The position numbers and the translations under genes are program-made. Below, piece after piece: positions 24,001-37,264 of a stretch of DNA of 64,000 bases. Under the pieces are notes generated by a model. The model was given only the letters and a program-made list of their open reading frames with translations, did no database searches and was not told where the DNA came from. Source of the stretch: Ascidiella aspersa (lineage: Eukaryota); the NCBI GenBank assembly GCA_963924565.1, contig OZ004608.1, positions 29,450,001 through 29,514,000 on the forward strand, written 5' to 3'. Numbering within the stretch: position 1 is the stretch's first letter; each line of letters starts with the position of its first letter.

Positions 24001-26348
24001 AAAACTAGAGCAAATTTCGCGCCTTGATGCGAAGTGCAGCTTGCTCGAACGGCTTTTCGCGCCGCTGTCCGTCATTCGCTAATATCCATTAACAAGGCGT
24101 TAAGTGGATCGCCGAACTCAAATAGTCGCTGAACCCTGAGTTTGGTTTGGCTTGGCTTTGCGCGTCGACTAACAGCCCCAAACAGACTCGGCGAAAGCCC
24201 GCAGCTATTGGGGGACTTTACGCCCCATCGACAACGCAAATAATCTGGGCAGCGGCCGCAACTGCAAAGCGGATATTCTAGACTTTTAAAACGCGAAAAC
24301 TATGGGCGACAAGCACTCGAAAAGCCTAGAAAATTAGCAGCTTTTGCTCTTGGCCCAAGGCCGGGCGCATTTCCGGAGATCCTCGTTCGAGTGCTGAAAG
24401 CGGAAAGCGGAAAAAATAAAGACAAACAACAAGCACACTCTCGACGTCGGCGCCGTGAGATATTTGCCAATTCTGTGTCAGCCGTTGGGTAAAGGCCACA
24501 CCTGATGGAGAGTCTCTTTCACGACAACAGAAACAGAACTATGTTTATCGCGCTCGAAAGAGGTTTCGTTGTGCTGATTTAAACACCGTGTTGTGGCGGC
24601 CCTTAACTTGGCGCCTACGTGATTGCAAGGGCGCGGCTTTCAAAACGCTCAAGCCCCGAAATAAAGATATGTCGCATGCCGCCGGCCGGCAATCCTTATA
24701 AGCGGTTGGGGTTTCGCGTTTTAAGCTCGCGGAATGCCCAGCTTTTTTGCGCTGAAAGTGGGCGGAAAGGGAAACATCCTGTTCCGAGACAGTACCGCGG
24801 CCTCTTGACGCAGCAGTCGGGACGGCGTCGCCGCCTTGTTTAACGACACGTTTTACTGGGCTCCTGCGCGACTGGCCCTATACACGTAACACCACCGCGG
24901 CTGCTTTTGTGCCGCTTTCACTTTCTACATTAGGAATCGTTCGTGTTTTTTGTTCGCCGTAATTAAATTATAAGGATTGTTTGCGAGCCGAGTCACCCAA
25001 GAGGTTCGCAAATTACATTGGAACAATTCTATAGCCGTTGATGCGCGTCGTAAGCTTTAATTACGTCGATATCCCGCCTGTTTCTCGGATTAGCGCCCGG
25101 GTTGCTACTGTTTCGCTCGTTGTTCTCGTATCTGGGCCAACAAATAGCAGACAGCAGCAGCCCGGGCGTAAGATTCGGAACCGACGAAAACAATAAGTCG
25201 GCTAAATGGAATTTGATAGGTCGCGCGCGCTGAATGGAATCAATAGGCGCAGCAGACGAATAACGGATCTTGTTTAGTTTGGCGACGGATTTGGGGATTA
25301 AACTATCTTGCAAATTGTCGGGCTTGTATATATTCGATGACAGTAGTCGAGTAACTCTATGTCAGTGCGTCTAAAACTGGCTTTGGCTATACTTCCAACG
25401 CACAATACTGAACGGGAGGTTTCTGCAGAGCGGCCAAGAAAAACAAGTCGGACAGAGGCATTGCTCAGTTGCGAGCGCTGAAAAGGCGGCTTAGGCCCGA
25501 GCGGCCTTAACCCCCGGGTTCCGGGCCCCCGTAATCCCGCGGGGTCGCTTTGATGCGATCCGATGGCAAACCGACATGTTGCGACACGCCGCCACGACGA
25601 CGATTGTTCGCCAATAACTTGGTCAAAATGAGATCTGCGAAGTTTCGTTTTCGCTTGAACGGGCGCTTACCAAATATGCGCTCGGTTTTGAAAGTTACCG
25701 TCAAAGGCGAATTAAGTAAACTTGCATTCGGGTATTTTGACCGCACGGTGTCGCATTTGCGCCGTTTTCGGGAAACTGCGAAAACTTATCGCCTCAGTTG
25801 ACAAATTGTCTTGCGGCATTCCGCCTTATCCAAAGCTTAAATCTCATCCGCCTGCATACAAATGCCTCAGCGTTTTAGAACCGGTTTACCAGAAGCGCGC
25901 ATTTCAAACAGCTCAGCAGCTGGGGTGCAAATAAAACGAAGCTATATGTAAACGTTCCTGTGCCCCCCCTGTCAACCCGCGGTGGTCCCTGGCATAAATC
26001 CTGTCGATTGTGACCGCGCATAACACGGCATTGTTCCGTCATATAGCGTGCCATTGTTCCCAATGCCAGAAACGAGAGTTATTGCGCATACGCCTCAAGT
26101 CGTATATACGACATGCGTTGCTGCCTGTTAAACAATCAGATTCACCTCAATCTGATTACCCGGGTTAGGAATGCGCTCGCGGTTTTCGGGCCAGTTGCCA
26201 GGATTGCCTTGCCTGCGCGCTGCGGCCTTCGGCAAATAATAATTACTCGAACTTACCACCAATGTGATTCGGCACGGGGAAGTAGGGTCGCCATCCAGCA
26301 GAATAAGATTGGAGCGATCACCGTCATTACGCGGGAAATGGAGGTCAT
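15017..26348 (-). CDS. Wnt5: Wnt5 (357 aa), 5 coding exons
   Basis: Exons 26348-26257 (signal peptide [31 protein letters not shown]), 21755-21520, 18247-18108, 17379-17230 and 15472-15017, all GT-AG and in frame. Wnt5-type blocks: [80 protein letters not shown], terminal CK. Confidence 0.95.
15580..15674 (-). ncRNA. Hammerhead-like core flanked by a 26-bp inverted repeat (Wnt5 intron 4, sense strand)
   Basis: Minus strand: ttaacc-CTGATGA-GGTC cag..ctg c GGCC-GAAC-GTC-agttt, with one A of GAAA missing. Arms 15580-15605 and 15649-15674 are inverted repeats matching at 25 of 26. Confidence 0.55.
16298..16359. repeat. 33-bp tandem duplication (2 copies)
   Basis: TTCGGGTGACCGAA(T/A)GAGATTTTCTCCAC at 16298 and 16331. 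Confidence 0.85.
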
Positions 26349-26859
26349 TTTTCCCGTCGATTTGCTTTTTGTCGTTTGCTTGGTAAAATTCGATATTCTT
26401 GCGTGAAGGGGTTAAATCCGTCGATTTGGAAACTGCTGCTTGTTAAATGTGAGCTGTTCTTAATCCAATTCGGTGCAGAAGTGGTCGGTTAAAAAAGTGC
26501 AAATCGTATTTATCAAACGCTTAACTCTGCAACGAAAACATTCGTACGTTAAACGATTTGTACACAATATGGCCATCAACATCCAGGCAATATACGTGTA
26601 CTAGTATAAAACTTTGCGGTGTTAAAACAGTAAAGCAAACTAAGGTAAAAACCTGAAACTGTCATATAATGAGCTTTTACTGTCACTAACCAGAAATATA
26701 CGAAAACACGAAAAATAAACTATACCTAAACTTAAAAGGTTAAGCAAACCTAAAATTGCCTTCATTTTGAAGCCTTTGTAAACTTTGTCACAACAGAAAA
26801 CATAACAACAACAACAACAAACAGTTTAGACAAAAGCGCGTGCTCCCTGCTCGCTTCCC

Positions 26860-26990
26860 AACTTTAAACTGACTGGTCCCGCTCGGTTCCTGAACAGCCA
26901 AGGCACCTCCAAGCTCTCTCGCGCATTTTTTCTCCCGCGGCCCTCACGGCACAACAACCTGGAGAGAGAGAGAGGCCAGAAAGAGAAAAA
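26860..26990 (-). promoter_or_regulatory. Candidate Wnt5 core promoter
   Basis: Initiator-like TCAGTT on the minus strand (26872-26867), about 520 bp upstream of the ATG, with GA/TC repeats at ~26914 and ~26962. No transcript evidence. Confidence 0.3.
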
Positions 26991-29900
26991 GAGCAAGGCG
27001 CACTCCCGCCGGGTGTGAAAAGGCGCAGATTGGAGGTGCGTGCCACGAAAACGGACACTATTGCGATTCCCACGGACGCACGCAGAGCGACTTTGGGGGC
27101 AGATAACGGGGCGCAATTAATCGCCAGCGCGCTGCAAGTTCAATATGTGCCGGTTGTCGCTCGGACCGAGCCTACAAACAAGTTTGCCCTTGCGCGCCCG
27201 CGAGATAGCTATAGGGAACAGCGCACGTGCTACGAAAAACCTCGCATAATTATTGGTAACTGTTCAAACACGCGAGCTATTATCCGCCGTATGATTGCCC
27301 TGATGACTTTCAATTGAGTCGCTTTGCACTGCGACGGCCCGGGCCTATGTGCGATTTCGCCTGTTCATATTTGCCTTTCCAGTCGGCAACGAACGATTCC
27401 TTTCAAGGCGCGGTCTGCTCGTGACTCAACTATAAGCTGAGAAGGACTGACAAGAGGTTCCGGCTGTTCGGCGAATCTCCCACCTGGACAGTCAGTTTGG
27501 GCGTTGCTGAAGCCATATATCTGGAGGCTAAAACCGACTGCACAAAAACGCCTTACCCCCGGCCTTTGAAGCTCGATTAAGCAGACAACACAAATCGCTA
27601 AGCTAAAAAAATGTTCTTAGAATTTATGGTAAACGAAAGCTGACACGGTTTTTAGCCGCTAAACTAAAAGTTGAAATACCTAACAAATTGCCGCTAAGCC
27701 AAAATTAGAACAGTCCTTTGAACTGCGGCTTCAGTAAAATCGAAAATGTCCTTTAGACTCTTCAGTTAAATAAAATTGTCACAGTTTTTATTTTCCCTTA
27801 AATCGAAAAGGTTCCTCTGTCATTCCAGACAAGCTAAATCGATAGAGTTCTTTAAATTCCCGAAACCTTATATCAAGAGTATCCTTTAAATTCCCGCAAA
27901 ACTAAAACTCAACACAACTGCAAACTAAACTAGACGCTTTAGCTGCTGATTCGGCGCTCGTATTCCACCCCTAAAAAATCAGTGCGGCAACGACGACCAT
28001 TTGAAGCGAAATGCTTAGCTCGGCAAACGGCCGCGGCACAAATAGGCGGCGAGCACGAGTCGAAAAAACGCCCGCGCGCCCAGTTGCGCTCGCGTCCCCG
28101 GGCGCAAGTGATTTACGATCTCGCAATGTCGTCACCGTAATAAAGGGCGACAAGTTTTTTTTTTCTCGCGACGCCGTCACCGGCCCATCTGTCCTCGACC
28201 GTAGCGACAGGCCAACTCTAAACAATAAACTTCGCGATGGCAACTGTCCTGGCTGCACAAAAACCGGCGGGGTACTGCGTTTCGCAGAGAGGGTGACATG
28301 CAAGGGGCGACAGACGCTTTTTTGCTTTCTAGGGGGTTCCATCCGCCGCGCCTTTGTCCCCAGCCACTTCCTCCTGTTGCAAGTCGCCTATTCCGCGTAC
28401 AATGGACAGGCCGGTTGCTTCTGACAGCGGCGCGCGCTTCATGCAGTCCGCACGCGGCCATTAGCTCGCCTTTCACGGCCGGGAAACACTATAGTCGCTC
28501 GTGTATCGCGACACTGTATGGCGACGCGCGACATGCGACAATTACAAGTGGCCTGCAATAAACCTGGACGCTTTGAAGCCGTCCGATCGCTTTACGACCA
28601 TAATTGTTATCATCCGGTTTCATGCAACAGCAGTTGCGCAGTCTGTTATAAGTATACTGGGAAAGAAATAGGCTCGGGCTCTTAAACTACAAGAGATCGA
28701 TAATGAAACGACTTATGCGGTGAATCAAGATTTGAAACAATCTAGAAAATTTTCACGCGGTTAACTTACGATTTTGAGACATAGTTCCGCTTATAACCTT
28801 GTTTGGCATTGGCAACGTAGCTTGTTCTGTAAAAATACGATCAAGGTATTTTCCGAAACCGACTGTATTCCCCTGCATCGTAGCTACAAGTTAACGTAGA
28901 AACAGCTGCTGCTTTGCCTTGTAAATTGTCGACTTTTAATCCTCTGAACTTGCGCACCAACACTCGCCTGACGATACACTTCCGGCAGACTTGAACGTAC
29001 CGGTCTCCAATACTACTAGAAGCCGCTGGCAAAAGCGTAATAACAGCCTTAGCGTGGCCCACACCTGTTCCCAACGAACTGCCGCCTGGACTGACGCTGG
29101 TTCTCGAGCTTTAGCCCAACTTAAATCAACGCGAACGAAATTCGCGTTTTTTCGCTTCTCGCCCGCGCGTTTCATACCGACCTCACCGCAAGTTGCCAAA
29201 GGGCCACGCCACCTTCGCTACATATTAAAGATTTAAACACCACTGCTCGTTTCGCGAAGTAAAACGGTGGCAAATTAAATCAAAAAGCTGAGGAAAAATA
29301 ATAAAAAAAGATTTGCAAACGCTTTATGTCAGCTATAATTCGTTTAAAAATAAAAACTACTTTTATTCAAGAAAAGTAATTTTGAGGGAAGCGAACTTGC
29401 TGCTTATATATCGAAATATGCCAAAGCAACGATTCATTTACATTTTTAAAATGATGTTACCGAAACAAACTGCCCACAAACATAATTATCTTACCTAGAT
29501 TTTTATACACAATTTGTTTCTTCAAGAAAAAGAGAAATTAAAAGTACAGTTTTAAGAATGTTGGAATTGTTGTTAAAAAGCCATTCTACTAATTTACAGT
29601 TTTGTTACAAGTCTAACGTCTGACAAAAAAACTTCTGAGGCTGCTGCACTTGGTAACGGGGTAGTTATAAATGCTTGATTCGTCACTCGCGGATATGATT
29701 TCTTCCTCTGAGCCACTCGACTGGACGATTCATAGACGAGGAAATTAACTCGATTTCCTCGCAATGCTCACCTTAAGGGCATCAGAAAGATCCAAACGAA
29801 ATAACTCCAGGAAGACTATACGTTTAGTAATAACTGCACTCAACGATCTTCTAACCAAACTAATTTGTCAGACAAGTCGATGTATGTTAATTGGCATATA

Positions 29901-30327
29901 ATTTTCACTTATAAGGCGAATAACCATATCTTGTTTATCCAGAATAGAGATATTTGTCGAAAAAATAGGCTCAACTTGCTTAACCTTTCCAATGATAACA
30001 TTGCAACTCATAAGCAAATTCGAAAGTGAATGAATCCTGATGAGCGACTTGGGGTATTTAAGGGATCCCCTCTACAAGAAAAAGCGTGTAATTGCCTCGA
30101 TTTCCCACACCCAGAGCCCCACGGGGCATCACACTTCCCCTTTTCGGCGATAGGGTGGTTTCTCCCCCAGGGGTGGCGCGTCAGACTTCGTACCTGTCAT
30201 GGCCGCCCGTCGCGGGGCTCCGACCCCCAAGATAAGGGCTCCGCGAACCTTCGCACTTCCGTCGCTCGAGTGTGGGAACCTTATCGCTGGCACTGACACG
30301 CGTCGAAATGGATAAGTGTAAGTGTGG

Positions 30328-30700
30328 CCCTTAACGTTGGGTAACTTGCGGTCGTGGTTTATCGAGGGTATTTGATAGGAATGCAAAACGGACTTTTCAC
30401 TATAATGACAGTCATCCTTAAACGATAAGAAACGTTATTCGACCGCGGCCAATTCTCGAGGGTGTTTCATTAGGATGCAATTAGGCGACAGTTTACTGTT
30501 ACGAATGACTGTTGTAAGCGGACTTTTGTACGCCGTTATGACTGCCACCCTCAAACGATAAGAAACGTTATTCGACTGATTATCAAGGTTATTAGAGATG
30601 CAACTATAGACAACAGTACTGTTACGAAAAAAACACTGTTATTGTCATCCTTAAACGCTAAAAAAAGATAGACGACTGCGGCATATTATTGAGTGTCTGA
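30328..30700. repeat. Degenerate tandem repeat, ~110-130-bp unit, about 3-4 copies
   Basis: Recurring blocks CGGACTTTT, GTCATCCTTAAACG, AAACGATAAGAAACGTTATTCGAC, GATGCAA and ACTGTTACGAA. Confidence 0.7.
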
Positions 30701-32319
30701 AATGGTATTTTCACTTGCTGGAACAATCACCACATTTATATCCAGTGACCTGCCTTTGACATATTTACTGTCACCACTCTCTCAGGCGGTTTAAATGTGG
30801 AAAAAAAAAATACATAAATACCTTGTTCGATTATTACAGGATTTTATAACGCTACTTAACTTGTAACTTTGAAGAACAATAGTATACGTCTAAAAACTTA
30901 ATGAAACAGAAACGGGTACTCACGCCCTTAAGGTAACCGTTATTTTAGTGATGTCACTTTCCGGCCCGGTAACCATTTTTCGGAATTGAAAAAAAAATCG
31001 CCCAACGCATGTAGCATTTAAAGTCATTATCGTGCGGATATTTTTAAGTTAATACAATGTTGCTGCGAAATTTCAAGTGCCGGGTGTATAATCGAGCTTG
31101 CCAAAGTAGCGTTCGGTGGCGGACTTTGAGCCTTTAGTCGACTGTCTGCGCCGTGCAGTTTTTTTTAATAAACTATAACACAAATGCCGGGCTTCGTAAT
31201 GAGGCACTCGACGAATGTGTATTTACCGAGCGAATAACGCAGGGTCAAATGCCAGTCAATTGTTTCCAGTCTGTAGGCGTTAAGCTCTGCTGCGGCGGCG
31301 GCGACGGCTGCGGCTGCGTCTCAATTTTTACAGCCTTCGCAATATTTTGACAGGGCGAAAAACACGCTTTGAAATTGCCACATACGCAGTCGGAAGTGGC
31401 GAACGGTTGAGTTCAAACTTAAATTCACCCCCGAAGGTCAAGGTTGCGTAGAATCACAATAGCAAAGGGCACGTCGAAGACGATGCACGCCAGACTCAAA
31501 ACAAATAAACTTACGAAGAGTGTAAAACGCGCGGCATTCAAATCGAGAACCGCTAAGGCTGAAAGACTGTTTTTATAGCTGCGTTGGGTTTGTCTGTGGT
31601 GAGGCTGACAGGCCGACTGGGCGGCTAAGTCATGTAAGCGTCCGTATAACAACCAGCAGAATTTCAACCGAAATACGCCGGAGCCTGGTCTCCCATACTC
31701 CTTTGATGTACTTGTCTTGCAGGTCTGATGTTGCGGCAAAGCGGCGGTGAAAAATTTCGCTGGAAATCGACCGAAATTGCTGTGTCTCTGTGCTTCGCGG
31801 GAGATGGGTACAAAACCAGAGCATGGGAAAGCGACCCCTCTCATTGCACTGTGACAGAGTTCGACTTAACGCACGTCTATGTGACCTATTTTTGTGTTTG
31901 TATGTCCCGAGCCTAAGATAACTAGTATGTGTACGTGTTTTTGGTTAAGGGTATCGCTCTATAAAAATTCGTCGTTGACGAAGCAAACAGTGATTGTTTT
32001 TACAGTGATGCGTTAGTACCTGTAAAGAATTCTATTTTTACAGGCTTTGTTGCCAACATTTTATCTTAACCATGCCACTTGTTTTCAGTTTTTGAATACT
32101 GTAATACAAATAAGACTATTAGCCAAGATTATTTTATCTGTTCGTGTTCCCATTTAAATTTGGTTGCCGCATTCTATAGTTTTTTCCTGATCTGATGTTT
32201 AAATTTCTAAAACTGGTTGCCCAACAATAATTTTGTTGTGGAAGAAATACTTAAATTTGAACAAGTCTTTTAAACGTGATTGGTTCTTGGTATACGCCAA
32301 TGGAGTACAGTTAGTGCAG

Positions 32320-32629
32320 CAGTGGTTCTTAACCGGGGTGCCGCGTTACACTGGGGTGCTATTTCTAAGCTCAAGGGTGCCGCGAGGTATTTTGAAATTT
32401 CTAGGAATAATATTTTTGCTATTATTGCAAAGCCTTTCATTAGAGTACAATAAGTCAAAATATAATTCCTAAATTGGTTAGAGTTTATTGTGTTTTTTTC
32501 TGTTTCGTTTATTTATAGTAAACCACTTGACATTGTAATGAGTTACTCAACGAAAATTACAGTAGGCGTGCCGCAATCCAATTAATTTTGCTTTGGGTGC
32601 CACAAGCCACAAAAGGTTACAATCCAATG
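32320..32629. mobile_element. Degenerate hAT (Charlie/Buster-like) MITE
   Basis: Starts CAGTGGTTCTTAACCGGGGTGCCGCG; internal GGTGCCGC repeats; decayed end AAAAGGTTACAATCCAATG. Confidence 0.55.
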
Positions 32630-34459
32630 AATTAAAGGTAAGTCATTATTCGGGTTTTAGCAAACGTCGCGGTCATAAGTAAATACACTTTTTTTTGTAA
32701 CGCTAATAGGACAAAGGCAAACAGATCATTGTTTATTTGTTAAGCTACAACAACCTAAAGTCAACATAACGATTTTTGATGTCCCGCAGTTCGTGTAATT
32801 ATAGAAACCGAAGCTGTCTTCTATGCAAACAGTTACATTGCGTTACAGTCTGGCGTTGCATGCTGACATGCGTCGAATAAAAACCTTATATTTGATGTCG
32901 TACATTCAATAAAAACTATATAGGACCATATGTCAAAGTTCAGCCGAATTAAAACAAAAACGGGCGGTGTATTAAATCCCAGGAGAGCACGGCAATCACC
33001 GTTAATATACACACGTCACAAAGCCCACAAGATACTTTAAAACCAAACAAGACTCTCGGTACACGGTGAGATTAAAGCATCAAAAGCGCTACAAACCGGC
33101 AATTATCAGTTACAAGCTAAATTAAGAGCGCATAAAACGGCGCTACAACGTTGCAAAATGGAGTCATATGTTTGAAAACGAAAATTTGAATCAAATTTTA
33201 CTGGTTAGGTTTGAAAGTATTCCTATATGATATTTACCTCGCCTGTAGTTTGCATTGAAATTATTAGAACAATACATGCGATGGACCTTGACATTTTTAA
33301 ACTTCAATGACTTTTGACCAATTAAATTAAACGTTAAAAATCAACATGTGTACAACAAAAAATACGGCCACGTAATTACCACCATCTTCCCTAGCCAAGC
33401 GTTTTGTCAAGAATGTAAAAGAAACCATTTTCCTTAGCCAAGCGTTTTGTCGAGACGCTTAAAACATAAGGACTTGGATGAGCTTATTTGCATGAGCTAA
33501 TTTCCATGTTTCGCATCTTTCACTAAATACTTTTACCGCAAGTGGCAAAGGGATGCCAGCCTTGACAGGTTCAAGTCGTCCAACGTATAGATGCTGGAAA
33601 CGTGTAATTACAAGAGTTCGCGGCCCGCCGCTGACTGGGTGGCACAATAGTACGTCAATTAAGGGTGGCGAAGACATTTCTAAAAAACTAAACGAATTCG
33701 AGCTAAAAAATCAGGCAAGCTTAAGAGCTGGACAAATTGAACGAAGCCTTTACGAGAAAGAGTATATTATTTGCGAATTTATGAAATATTGGTAAAAACG
33801 GAAACAATACACCTTTGCAAATCTTGAAAGGTATAGGCTATTCATTTAAATTCCTTGCAAAGTTTTGGTGTCTAGTTGGACGCCAAAAATATGTTAAGAC
33901 GTTGTTGTGCCATTTTTGCAATGTAACACAGGTTTTTCGACTATCAATAATAAAGCAAATAAAACCAAACTCAACGCTTTGCGATACGCCAGGAAATAAA
34001 AGTTTCCTATTGCTATGCAATTGGACCAAGAAAGCTTTCCCGACGTTCTATATTGCGAGACAAGATGTTGACTTCCCTGGGAAAAGTAACGAAACGATAG
34101 CAGTTGAACGCCGTTGTTGAGGTCTTCGTTAAACGCTAAGAAACAGTACAGCCTACGACTGCGGGCAATTAACGCGTTTCTGAAACGATATTTCAACTTG
34201 GAACGGTCACCGCAATTCGGCCTAGCAGGCCGCCGTTGGCATATTTACGGCAACTGAGTGTTTCAAGTGGTTCTGAACTACCGCAACTTGCCGCTCTATG
34301 TTTAAGTTGAACGCCAGAACGTCAAGAAACCGGCACTGATTCACTTTCTCGGAAATCGTCTTAAAAGCGACTCCTTTCAAAGGGCTGTCAAGTGCAAAAA
34401 ACGCATATAGACGTAACAAACTCTTTGGAAAGTTTAAGAACTTCTTATTCTAAACCGCG

Positions 34460-34677
34460 GTTCTCACAATGTTTGCAAGATCATCTGGAAACGATGTAGA
34501 GCTTTAGCAAAAAGGCAAAATGCCTTTAAAATAAACTGCGCGTAACCCATTGACCAAGTATATAAAACTTATTAGCCTTTCGGAGAATTCTGATTCGAAA
34601 CCTCAGTTCTTACAAATGTTGCAAAATTATCGGAGAACAATGTAGCGCATTAGCAAGAAGGCAGAATGCCTTTAAAA
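34460..34677. repeat. Diverged direct repeat (~70 bp x2)
   Basis: GTTCT..AATGTT(T)GCAA..ATGTAG..TTAGCAA.AAGGCA.AATGCCTTTAAAA at 34460 and 34606. Confidence 0.7.
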
Positions 34678-37157
34678 CTAACTATACTTAAATCCGGAAA
34701 TTCAACTACCATAACTTTGTGTTTATAAAAAAAGGTACAACTCTTAAAATTTGAAATATATTTATCAAACAAACGAAATAGCCATATACTGTACTCAGTA
34801 ACATATTTTAGGCGGCTTGACCACTTCGTATATGTAAGGGATCTCCGCGTAGAAAACGAAATGTAAATGGAAGTTTTTGCTTAGAACAAGGTAAGTTTTA
34901 CCTGGTATTATTAAGAAGTCTTAAGATTCAATATTGACGACCCATTTTCTTTGCTTTGGCCAAATCATTTGCGCCACACGTTTAATAAGTACACCGATCG
35001 TATCGCGTTGTTTTGTTGCGAGCAATTTCGTAATTTGCAGGAGCATCAAGCCGCCCGCTGCTTGTATAAGCGACATTTCACATCGACACGCTATTTGCCA
35101 ACGATATCTGTCTGCCGGAACAGTCATGGTTTCGAAAAGCTAAACCAGCTTTACTTTTCCACCGAGACGCGATCTCTTTGTTTATCGCGGGACGATAGGC
35201 GTATTGACGACGACAGAGGCTGACGTGTTTACCGTTGCCGACAGAATCCACCTAATACATTTAAAAGGGGTCACATAAGCGGTGACTTACTCACTGTACC
35301 AACAGAATTCGGGGTGCTCGATAGTTCCTATAAGAAGCACGGCTGTTACATTTTCTACCCATTGCTTTTTTCACAACCAAAATCAGTTAGCAATTTTTTA
35401 GGGATGGATATTTAAAATTTGACCAAGTAAAGCATATTTCAGTTAACTTACGTGCATATATGCATATTGATGCAATTTATGAGCAGAGTCCAATTCAAAA
35501 TTTAAACACTGCTGGTCTTTTTCGCAAACGAGAAAAAAATTGACCATAATGCAGTTCCTTATTATTACGTCCCAGTGTGCATTGTGCGCTCTTTGATTTT
35601 GACTGATAAAGTTTTCATGGGAGGCTTTAATTTTGAACACCGGTTAAAGGGGACCATGGGATGACAAAGATTGCAAACCCTTGTTTAAAGGACCATTCAT
35701 ACGGCTGCACTGTAAATTTTCCAAAGGGCCATCAGCAGACGTCAAACATTTACATCGGACCTAGGTAAGGTTCAGCAAATCAGACACAACACGCGTTGTT
35801 GGGAACATCAGAGGAACGCACGCGAGCCGGCATCGACACATAATAGGCCTAATTTTGCCATTTCGCGAAGCGGGCAATCGATTGCCGAAGCGGTTCGGCG
35901 AAGGTCCGGCTTGGAATGTTGTTTTCGACCTTTGTGACGGCCGAGGTTACGAATCAAAGGGTCGCATCATCAAAGTGTCTTTACCTATAAGTCGAGGCAA
36001 TTTCATTTCGGACTTTAAAATGGTTGGTAATTGCGAAACGCGCAAGAAAAATTGCTGATGAATTAGTAAACAGAAATGGCACACTTTCTCGAAAATGCAT
36101 GTGATGGTATGACAATTGGCGGGTCTGTAAAACCTAATCAAAAACAAAAAGGCATAAAAAAACATTCACTGAAGAAGTAATCAGAATTTTCTTTCGAATA
36201 ACAGAATCTGCGTGAATCCGAATGGTGAAAAACAAACGATTCTGGTTGCACATTATCATGATGATTCTTTTAAGAGCGAAATATATTTATCATTTAACAT
36301 CTAAACAGTCTGATTTTCGGTTTACTAAGTTCTGTACTTAATTTAATCTTTACTGAAGGAAGCTTGTAAAACTATTCAGAAACAAGCGCATTTCCAATGC
36401 AAATATTTTGTTCAGTAAGAAAACTGCGTACATAGGATTCCCCATTTATAGAAAGGAATACACTAACAAGCTTTAGGTATCTCGGATAATAGCGTTTTGC
36501 CTAATGCTGAAAAACTCTGGCGGATGCGAAAGGAGATAAAATAGCGCACAAAAACATCGCCCCTACGATAACAAACTTGTGGCGAAAATCATACGCTAAG
36601 CGGCATTTCATTTCAGTGGCACTAAACGAGCGTGCCAAAAACACGGCCCTGTCGTGCTATCGTATAGTTGCCTCGATTTCATGCCTCGTTCCGCGTTGAA
36701 ACCACACTTTGCACTCTTGCCTCGGTAAATCCTTAAAATAGGCCGCCAACCGAAAGAGCGATCTCTTTTTGGAAATCCGTGTTAAGAACTTTTATTTTTA
36801 GAGAAAATCCAGAATACCTTTTTACTTGAAAGCGTAAACGAATTAAAATGACTGACTGTGAACTTGGTGTATAGCAGGAAAGTAGGCTCTCGTGGGTTTT
36901 AGAATATTATGCCCTCGAACGAAAAATAAACAAGAAAATATGTAAACAAAAATATTATAAACCGGAAAGTTTAAACGACACTTATAGCGATAACTTATAC
37001 CAAAAATAATTGGCCAAAGGTTATCTTAAAATCACCCAAGAAATTTCCTATTGCTTTTTGCCAGCTGACCACTCATATTGACAAGAACAACTTTAAATGG
37101 CCTATTTCACCAGCCGTTCGAAAACAACCCTTTTACTGCCTTATTTTTGTACCCTTA

Positions 37158-37264
37158 AACCAAGTGTAAACATAAATTCAACCAAGTGTAAACATAAATT
37201 CAACCAAGTGTAAACATAAATTAAACTAGGTGTAAACATAGCGGAAACCAAGTGTAAACGTAAA
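37158..37264. repeat. 22-bp minisatellite, ~5 copies
   Basis: Unit AACCAAGTGTAAACATAAATTC; first copies identical, later copies diverged. Confidence 0.9.

Noticed and set aside
30037-30060. CTGATGAG as a hammerhead core
   Set aside because: No stem II followed by GAAA in any topology.
37158-37264. CRISPR-like array
   Set aside because: Contiguous tandem units without unique spacers, in a eukaryotic context with no cas genes.
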